Translations under genes and position numbers: made by a program
Assembly: GCF_006345805.1 (NCBI RefSeq)
Contig: NC_043001.1
Coordinates: forward strand, 41,850,001-41,914,000
Direction: 5' to 3'
DNA: 64,000 nt
From: Octopus sinensis
Taxonomy: Eukaryota
Notes under the pieces: generated by a model
Seen by the model: only the letters and a program-made list of their open reading frames with translations
The model's database searches: none
Told to the model about the DNA's origin: nothing
Part shown: piece after piece, positions 52,734-61,335 of the stretch
Position numbering within the stretch: the stretch's first letter is position 1
Layout: each line of letters starts with the position of its first letter

Positions 52734-53377
52734 GTATGTGTTTTTTGTTTGCTGTATTTAATCTGCTTTCATCTTATTTTATTTAACACATTTAAATTAT
52801 AAATTATATTTTTAATATACACTGTAACTAATTGCTCACTGAATAAAGTACTTTTGCGTATCTCACTGCTAGAAATTGTTGTTTTTTTGCTCCAAACACA
52901 TGATGGTCTAATTTTAAATTGATTTTATTTCTACACGTTCTTGGTTATTTAGATTTATTTTAACCTTTAGTGTATTATAGTGTTATGTAAATTTTAAGTT
53001 GTGATGGTATTTTTTATCGTGTGATTTGAAATTTAACTTAGTTTTTGAAGATAAGGCATATTTTTAAACAACTTTATGTCCATTTAACTCGCCAGTGTTA
53101 TAGGGTGTCTACTAATGAAATATACCGAGGGAATTGCCCGCCAGATATTAATATTCTATTTTGTGCTAATCAAAACTGATGTTAGATTAAGTCAATCTTT
53201 GTTCCACATGTTTTGTAATTCTGTTGGTGAACTGTATATTCACCAGTATGTGAAACACATCATCGGGAAATTTATTGAGAAACTAATACTCTGATTTGGT
53301 TATCCCTTATTCAATGCAAATGTTTATTATTTCTGTTTCCTAACACCCACCTTATTGTAATGAAATCTGCTTTCAGA

Positions 53378-53526
53378 ATGGCTCCACGTAAAGGAAAGAC
53401 GCAACAGCAGCAAGAGCAAGTATCGCTCGGCCCACAAGTGCTGGAAGGAGAGAATGTTTTCGGCGTAGCCCACATTTTTGCTAGTTTCAATGATACATTT
53501 GTGCATGTTACTGACCTTTCAGGCAA
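53378..53526 (+). CDS. RPS14: 40S ribosomal protein S14 (uS11), first coding exon
   Basis: [49 protein letters not shown](K); tttcag acceptor at 53376; GTAAGT donor; 149 nt of CDS. Later exons not seen in the window. Confidence 0.96.
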
Positions 53527-53586
53527 GTAAGTGATTTCTTTGTATATATATTTTTTACGTCAAGATATTGTTAGTGCTTGTAAATC

Positions 53587-53651
53587 AAGATATGTGATGA
53601 CAACAACCTTGATACCTTGTGTTTTGCGATGTCTTGGAGAGCTGATGTCTT
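53587..53651 (+). ncRNA. SNORD55: C/D-box snoRNA, SNORD55/U55-like, divergent short copy 1
   Basis: Terminal stem AAGATA/TGTCTT; C box GTGATGA (53594-53600); D box CTGA (53642-45); guide TGTCTTGGAGA pairs 28S UCUCCAAGGUG with G-U wobbles; homologous 5' part to copies 2-4. Confidence 0.7.
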
Positions 53652-55377
53652 CTTTTGAATTCCTAAGTTTATAACGAGAAAATACATTTCGGAGGCCTCA
53701 TTTTTGGAATCTTCGTGATTTTAAATCCCAGAATAATACTTACGTATTCAGAAGATGATATTTCGAAACTGAATTTTCAAACCTTCATGGTCCGAATACT
53801 TTTGGTTTTTGTGCGTGTGCACAATTATATCGCGAACCATCCCAAAATTTACAATAAAGCCGTGTCGGCCATCAATCACCACTTCCATAACCTTTTTCCT
53901 TGAAGTCTAACCTGAAATAGCGTATGGCTGATAACATTAACACTGGTGATACAGTGAATTCTTAAAGGAGAGCGAAAAAAAGATCTCGTTGGTAATTCAT
54001 GGCTTCCAACCTGTTGAGAGTAGGGAAGGCCTAAAGAATCACAATACTTGCTGATGTCGTCATGTGTAAAAACGCGGAGAATTTGTAGTGGTACATCCAC
54101 ACTTCATATTAGCAACAGAATTGAAAATGTGATTGTTTAATACATTTTGAATTCAGAAATTTCTCAGGGATTTGATAAACTGGGTAAAGTGATTACTTAT
54201 TTATATATCATGAGTTATATCAAGTCAGTCTGTTGAGTCATGTGCAGTCTATCCATTTGGTTGTGGTCAGGTTTTCTTAACCCTTTCGTTACCGTATTTA
54301 TTTTGAGATGCTCTGTTTCATTCAATTAATTTTAAATAGAACAAAGAATTTAATAAAAGAACTTAGTTATCATTAAGCTAGTGTTAGGAACATAAATTGT
54401 GACAAAGGTTTGGTGAAAGATTTTAATTCAATACTTACGAAAACAAGACATTTGTACTACAGAGGCAGAGGCGGTTTTGGCTGGGTTGGTATCATAATTT
54501 GGGACCAGTGCTCAAAAGCCAAAATAAGCTGGACCGTTTTATGTTGATTTGAACAGTTGTCTCGGTGATATTTTAATGGCTTTTGTGTAAATTCACATCT
54601 AAATGGGTTCTTGATTTTGAGTTAGCTATAATTTTTCACGATTTAATTTGTCATTTGAATAGAAAGAGGATAATTTAACTCTTTTTACTTAGCAGCCGAG
54701 ACTGGTTATATGACACAAACTTTCTGTTTTTTAATGTAATTTAAATTATCTTTCAAAATTTCATGTTTAATAATGTTCCAAACATCAGTTTAATGACTTT
54801 TTTTCTTCATTGAATTAAAGCAAAGAAAGTTTATTTCAACAGAAAAAGTAGTAAAGGGGTTTATAGAAACCTTGAACCTTAATTCGACATTCTTTTGATA
54901 TAACTTGACGAAATTAAAACATTTTACTTCGGGTATTTCCATGGGTTGTGGAGTATAGATATAATGAAATTATGCCATCAATGTCTCATTTTAAACTTGA
55001 AGAATAAAAGCATTGCATATTTGTTCTTACCTATTTCATGTGTGTATGTAAAATCTGCAAATTTCCAAGCAGAAAACAATCGAACTGTTGTTTGCTTCCA
55101 TGGAAATACCCGAAGTGAAATGTTTTGATTTTGTCGAGTTATATCAAAAGAATGCCCTTAATTCTACATTTCCCTGTCGACTTTGCTAGTTGTGTGTATG
55201 CACTGATAATAGTTCTGTAAAAAGTCATCCCAACGAAACGAAATTATGCGAGTGTAAAAGTTGACACTCAAGTCTATATAGGTTGCTTTAATAGTTTACG
55301 AACATTGAGTTTCTATCATTTGGTTGCATAGTATTTTTTAAACTATTTTGTCTAGATATTTATTGAAGGCCATGCAT

Positions 55378-55456
55378 CAGGACATATGATGACAACAACT
55401 TGGTACCTTATGTTTCTCAATGATAGGTCCAATCACCTTGGAGAACTGATGTCCTG
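55378..55456 (+). ncRNA. SNORD55: C/D-box snoRNA, SNORD55/U55-like, copy 2
   Basis: Perfect 7-bp terminal stem CAGGACA/TGTCCTG; C box ATGATGA (55386-92); D box CTGA (55446-49); 12-nt guide TCACCTTGGAGA complementary to conserved 28S UCUCCAAGGUGA. Family assignment is from recalled human U55 (ATGATGACAAC...ACCTTGGAGAGCTGA). Confidence 0.85.
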
Positions 55457-55494
55457 TAATTAGGTGTTAAGAGATTTATGGCCAACAGAAAACT

Positions 55495-55751
55495 GGGCAT
55501 TCTTTCGATATAACTCGACAAAATCAAAGCATTTCACTTTGGGTATTTCCGTGGGTTGTGAAGTATAGATATAATGAAATTATGCCAGCAATGTCTCTCA
55601 TTTTAAAAAAGCCTTGCATATTTGTTCTTACCTGTATTGTGTGTATATAAGATCTGCATTCCAAGCAGAAAACAGAATCGAACTGTTATTTGCTTCCACG
55701 GAAATACCTGAAGTAAAATGTTTTTTGTCACGTTATATCGAAAGAATGCCC
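55495..55751. mobile_element. MITE with ~55-60 bp TIRs (GGGCATTCTTTCGATATAAC...GTTATATCGAAAGAATGCCC); further copies at ~54888-55157, 58904-59160, 59804-60070
   Basis: Long imperfect terminal inverted repeats seen directly; superfamily unresolved. Confidence 0.8.
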
Positions 55752-55755
55752 TTAA

Positions 55756-56047
55756 CCCTTTTACTGTTTAAACCGGCCAAAATATTCTACCTATTTTATG
55801 TTCAAACTAGTCAGATATGGTCATTCATAGCTACCTTATTGTGTCATTTTAAAAATAATCACATCATTGAAATCTCAAAGCCATGAAATGATGCAAGATT
55901 AATTTTACATGGTGTGAATACATAAGCTTTACATTTTACAGAATAATCTGAATGCTAAAGGGTTAAATATGAATAGGTGATTATGGACGGTTGGGGGGCT
56001 GGTCACATGAACCAAAATTTTTTTCAGGCGGTTTGGTAATGAAAGGG
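55756..56047. mobile_element. piggyBac-like non-autonomous element(s), TTAA-flanked
   Basis: TTAA|CCCTTT...AAAGGG|TTAA with an extra internal right end at 55962. The paralogous unit at 55155-55165 shows the empty site (CCC TTAA TTCTAC). A second copy is in unit B. Confidence 0.75.
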
Positions 56048-56148
56048 TTAATTCTACATTTCCTTGTCGACTTTTCTATTCGTGTGTGTGCATTAATAAT
56101 AGTTCCATAAATATAAGTCATCTTATATAATAGTTCCATAAATATAAG

Positions 56149-58629
56149 CTCATCTACTCGAAGCGATAAGATTCGTTTCAGCTTCGCATGACTGCTTGGT
56201 ACTAGGCGACTTCAACGCTCCCACGATCGATTGGCCCGCATCAATTTGTACAACATCTTCCCGGTTCGGCCAGGCCCTTCTTGACGTGGCTGAAGATTGT
56301 TTTCTATTGCAACATGTTGAATATCGGTCTGGGCAGCAGCCATCTATGCTAGATCTGGTATTCTCCCGCTATCCAAGATCAGTGTCAGACGTATCTGTGT
56401 GCGCCCCTCTTGCCAAGAGTGATCATGCGGTCCTGAAGTTCGTCATGCACACAACTTTTTCCACGCCCACGATTACTTCGCTGCCACGTAGAGTCTTCTC
56501 TGCAATTAATCTTGAAATTCTAACCGAGGCTTCTGCGCTTCTGGACTGACGTTGTCCTCAGTTGACGAACTATGGTCATCCCTCAAAGCATATGTAATCT
56601 GTTTGACTGACCAGGCAGTTCCCGTTGGACTTCCCAAGAGGAAGAAACACAAGCCCTGGGTGACGAAGAAGGTTGAACGAGAACGTCGACTCAGAGATAT
56701 TGCTTGGGCTGAATTCAAAAATCTGGATTCGACTGCAGCTTTTGAGGTGTACAAAACTCAACGAGACTGAGCCGTGAAAATTGAAAAGAAAGAACGCTTC
56801 AGTTATGAATACAAAATCGCGGCAAATGCCAGTAGCAATCCAAAAACCTTCTTTGCCCATGTCCAGCGGAATTCCCGCTTGAACAACCAGATTGCAACGT
56901 TGGTAGACTCAACAGGCGTATCGATTGAGGACCCTTATCAACAGAGTCAATTATTTGCCGAGGCTTTTTCAACTATTTTCAAACAAGATGATGGTCGTGA
57001 ACCCCCTCCATTTGATAGATCGGTACCTCCAATGCTTCGATTGATCATCACGCGGGACCAAGTCAAGCGTGTTATTCAAGGCCTCGATGTCAACAAGGGT
57101 CACGGCCCTGACGGCATACACCCACGGGTTATCAAAGCGTTGGCTCCGGTCATCTGCGAGCCCTTAACACGACTATTCAATATGTCGTTGGCGACGGGTG
57201 TTATACCTGCAGACTGGAGAACAGCGATAGTCTGCCCAATTTTCAAGAAAGGGAGCCGCGAAGACCCGCTTAACTACCGACTGGTTTCCCTTACATCAAT
57301 AATCAGCAAGATGTTCGAAACCATCCTTAAGAAAAGTATGATGCTCCACCTCCTGAACACAGCCTCGATCACTGATTCCCAACACGGCTTCGTGCCGAAG
57401 AGATCATGCTTGACCAACTTACTAGTAATGGAAGAATTGGTGACGCGCATCCTCGATGATAGTGATACTGTTGACATCGTTTTATTGGACTTTGCCAAAG
57501 CTTTTGACTCGGTAAACCACCGCCTACTACTTGTCAAGCTTCAAGCATATAGTTTCCATCCGGATATTGTACGATGGGTTGGTGCCTTCCTCTCAGATCG
57601 CTCCTTCCAAGTTCAAGTTAATGGTTCGCGGTCCGATGTCTCCAGTGCGAGCAGTGGCGTGCCTCAAGGTTCAGTGCTTGGGCCTTGTTGTTCTTAGTCT
57701 TCATAAATGACTTGCCCGACGACCTCACGCAACACACCCTTCTATTTGCCGACGATATCAAACTGGTCGCTCCTCGCGGTAGTATAGAGGATCTTCGTCG
57801 ATGCCTCCACCAAATTTGGAAGTGGTCTAACAATTGGGACCTGTGTCTGAACGTGTCAAAGTGCTGTCATCTGCCTGTCGGCTCTACTCCTGCAACTCAA
57901 CTTGATTTCGAGCCGGGTCGTCTGCTGCTGGAGAGGACCGATCAGGTAAAGGACCTGGGTATCTTGGTGGATTCCTCCTTTTCGCCTTCGGCCCAGTGCG
58001 TCCATGCTGCCAACAAAGCGCGCGGAATTCTGTTTTTGATTCGACGGTCATTCGGAATGCTCACAGCAGCCATATTCCTGCCACTCTATGTCACGCTGGT
58101 GAGACCCATATTGGAGTATGGGATTCAAGCCTCTTCTCCTTATCTCCTCAAAGACATACAGCACCTCGAAAGAGTCCAGGGGCTGGCTTAACCGCATGGT
58201 TCATGGTCTCAAAAATTTGTCCTACGAAGAAAGGCTGAGGACGCTCGACCTTTGTTCTCTTGAAAAACGCCGCTGCCGTGGTGATCTCATTCTCGCCCAC
58301 AACATCATAAGCGGGAAGTGTAACCTCTCGAAAGAGCTGTTCTTCACTCCTGCTCCGGAAGTCGGCTGCGGGGTCATTCCGAAAAGCTCTACCTGCGACG
58401 ATTTCATCTCAATCGAAGGAGAGGAGCTTTCTCTGTCCGGGTTGCGGATCCGTGGAACAAGCTGCCAGACGAGATGGTGAAGATGCCGACGACCGCTTTG
58501 TTCAAAGCCTCCCTGGACCTCAAGTGGCCTGAACTCTTTACATGAACACCACCCTGTACTTAACTCCATGTCCCCCTACATGGCCTTGCTATTTGCTTAT
58601 GAGCCAAATTAACTAACTAACTAACTAAC
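56149..58629 (+). mobile_element. CR1-clade LINE, 5'-truncated (partial APE + RT), (TAAC)5 tail
   Basis: GDFNA and SDH endonuclease motifs; [18 protein letters not shown] and LFADD RT motifs; few stops/frameshifts; 9-bp TSD TAAGTCATC (56114-22 / 58630-38). Confidence 0.92.
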
Positions 58630-58786
58630 TAAGTCATCCCAACGAAATGAAATTATGTGAGTGTAAAAGTTGACACTCAAGTCTATGTAGGTTGCTTTAA
58701 TAGTTTGCCAACATTGAGTTTGTATCATTTGGTTGCATAGTGTTTTTTAAACTATTTTGTCTAGATATTTATTGAAGGCCATGCAT

Positions 58787-58865
58787 CAGGACATATGATG
58801 ACAACAACTTGGTACCTTATGTTTCTCAATGATAGGTCCAATCACCTTGGAGAGCTGATGTCCTG
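58787..58865 (+). ncRNA. SNORD55: C/D-box snoRNA, SNORD55/U55-like, copy 3
   Basis: Same stem; C box 58795-58801; guide TCACCTTGGAGA-G; D box 58855-58. Confidence 0.87.
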
Positions 58866-59686
58866 TAATTAGGTGTTAAGAGATTTATGGCCAACAGAAA
58901 ACTGGGCATTCTTTCGATATAACTCGACAAAATCAAAGCATTTCACTTTGGGTATTTCCGTGGGTTGTGAAGTATAGATATAATGAAATTATGCCAGCAA
59001 TGTCTCTCATTTTAAAAAAGCCTTGCATATTTGTTCTTACCTGTATTGTGTGTATATAAGATCTGCATTCCAAGCAGAAAACAGAATCGAACTGTTATTT
59101 GCTTCCACGGAAATACCTGAAGTAAAATGTTTTTTGTCACGTTATATCGAAAGAATGCCCTTAACCCTTTTACTGTTTAAACCGGCCAAAATATTCTACC
59201 TATTTTATGTTCAAACTAGTCAGATATGGTCATTCATAGCTACCTTATTGTGTCATTTTAAAAATAATCACATCATTGAAATCTCAAAGCCATGAAATGA
59301 TGCAAGATTAATTTTACATGGTGTGAATACATAAGCTTTACATTTTACAGAATAATCTGAATGCTAAAGGGTTAAATATGAATAGGTGATTATGGACGGT
59401 TGGGGGGAGGGGGCTTGGTCACATGAACCAAAATTTTTTTCAGGCGGTTTGGTAATGAAAGGGTTAATTCTACATTTCCTTGTTGACTTTTCTATTCGTC
59501 TGTGTGCATTGATAATAGTTCCATAAATATAAGTCATCCCAACGAAATGAAATTATGCGAGTGTAAAAGTTGACACTCAAGTCTATGTAGGTTGCTTTAA
59601 TAGTTTGCGAACATTGAGTTTGTAACATTTGGTTGCATAGTATTTTTTAAACTATTTTGTCTAGATATTTATTGAAGGCCATGCAT

Positions 59687-59765
59687 CAGGACATATGATG
59701 ACAACAACTTGGTACCTTATGTTTCCCAATGATAGGTCCAATCACCTTGGAGAGCTGATGTCCTG
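59687..59765 (+). ncRNA. SNORD55: C/D-box snoRNA, SNORD55/U55-like, copy 4
   Basis: Same stem; C box 59695-59701; guide and D box 59755-58; exactly 900 bp after copy 3; one internal T>C change. Confidence 0.87.
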
Positions 59766-60269
59766 TAATTAGGTGTTAAGAGATTTATGGCCAACAGAAA
59801 ACTGGGCATTCTTTCGATATAACTCGACAAAATCAAAGCATTTCACTTTGGGTATTTCCGTGGGTTGTGGAGTATAGATATAATGAAATTATGCCAGCAA
59901 TGTCTCTCATTTTAAACTTGAAAAAAAGCCTTGCATATTTGTTCTTACCTGTTTCATGTGTGTATGTAAAATCTGCAAATTTCCAAGCAGAAAACAGAAT
60001 CGAACTGTATACCATGGAAATACCTGAAGTGAAATGTTTTGACTTTGCCAGGTTATATCGAAAGAATGCTGAAAACTGAAAGTGAAGAGAATCACCAACA
60101 TGCTTGAGTTGGTCTAAGCACAATTTCCATTTCTTTAGCCCTTTGGCATTAAGCTTACTTTGTCAAATGCAATGCTCTGACATTGTTTTGAATTAATCAG
60201 GCTCAAGAAGAGTATCAATATTTGTTAGTAACTTCAATTTTTTAAAAATAGTCTTGAAATTTGTGCTTG

Positions 60270-61135
60270 GATACCGTTCATGAAGTTTTCATCCTGTCAG
60301 TCAAAAAAGTCATCAACAGTAGACATATCACTGATACTGGTTCCCAGTGTTTTTTCATGTTGGGTAACAGGTGGTAGTCAGATGGGACCAAATCAAAATA
60401 GGAGGAGTGGTCAACCTGTTCAAAGCTGCAGTTATGCACAACAGCCATTGAAACCAAGGATTTGTGTGATGGAGCATTGTCCTGATGATACAAGAACCCT
60501 TTGTTCAATTTTCCTGGGCATTTGGTCTTGATGACCTTCCATTACTGCTGCAACAAGTTGGCATAATACTCTTTTGATGGTGTGGCCCTTTTGAAGATAG
60601 TCAATAGGCACAATGCCTTTTGCATCCCAAAAAACTGAAGCCCAACACCCCTGCAGGTGGAATGACTGGCCTTTTGGGGCAGATGGGAGGGGGTGTTTCC
60701 ACTGCATGGATTGTCTCTGGTTCAAAGTAAAGAGGCCAACACATCCTGGATTCAGGGAAACCTGGATCTGCTTGAAACAGTCTTGAATAATTGTCAAAAG
60801 ACATGGCAACTACCAAGTAGGGTTGTTTATTATCTCAACTCACAAGAAATGCTAATAGATTGGCTGTTTGATTTATTGTCAATTGCCTGTCATCTATCAT
60901 CATGTGGTGGCAGTTGCAGAATGTCCAAACCTTAGGTCATCTTCAAGATTTTCCCTGTCCCCCCTAAATTCACCTGCCTACTTTTGCACTGTTGATAAAG
61001 CTGGAGCATTATCCCCTGATGTAGCAATCATGTTGGCACAAATGTCCTTTTTCTGCAGGTACTTGATAACACCACGGTGTCACATTTTATTCATTTTCAA
61101 GAGAAGTCACTACTAGTTACTTTTGAAGACTTCTT
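60270..61135 (-). mobile_element. Mariner fragment
   Basis: ASVFWDAKGIVPIDYLQKGHTI; GFLYHQDNAPSHKS; DLVPSDYHLLPNMKKH. Confidence 0.82.
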
Positions 61136-61156
61136 TTTACAACTGTTTATCTGGAA

Positions 61157-61335
61157 CAGTGGTTTTCAACCGGGGTTCCGCAAGAAGTTACAAAACTGCT
61201 AAAATCGGCAGTAATTTTAAATTCTCCTGTGCAGATATGTGTGCATAAGACTATTAAATTATTGCACAGGGGTTCCTTGAGCCAGTGGAATGTTTCCTTG
61301 GGGTTCCGCTCCAGCAAAATTGTTGAAAAGCACTG
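61157..61335. mobile_element. hAT (Charlie/Buster-like) MITE
   Basis: TIRs CAGTGGTTTTCAAC / GTTGAAAAGCACTG with perfect 8-bp TSD ATCTGGAA. Confidence 0.9.

Larger units (their letters stand above)
55222..60070 (+). repeat. ~900-bp tandem duplication (units A 55222-56113, B 58631-59530, partial C 59531-~60070) interrupted by a LINE
   Basis: Each unit begins AAGTCATCCCAACGAAA and is nearly identical base for base; a related partial unit lies at ~54885-55221. Confidence 0.93.

Noticed and set aside
53200-53330. Possible H/ACA snoRNA in RPS14 intron 1 (two hairpins, ACATCA as H box)
   Set aside because: Pocket geometry is poor, there is no ACA at the right position, and I found no rRNA match; needs snoReport/Infernal to revisit.
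53700-54110. Coding-looking minus-strand stretch in RPS14 intron 2 (includes an SDH-like motif)
   Set aside because: Stops occur in all frames and I recognise no family; probably an old TE fragment, but unsupported.
57655-58629. Excess of G versus A relative to the 33524-34500 copy (about 11 vs 1), suggestive of ADAR-edited retrotransposition
   Set aside because: Cannot be polarised with two copies. Several differences fit CpG or AT-ward decay of the other copy, and only about three clearly damage this one. A family consensus is needed.
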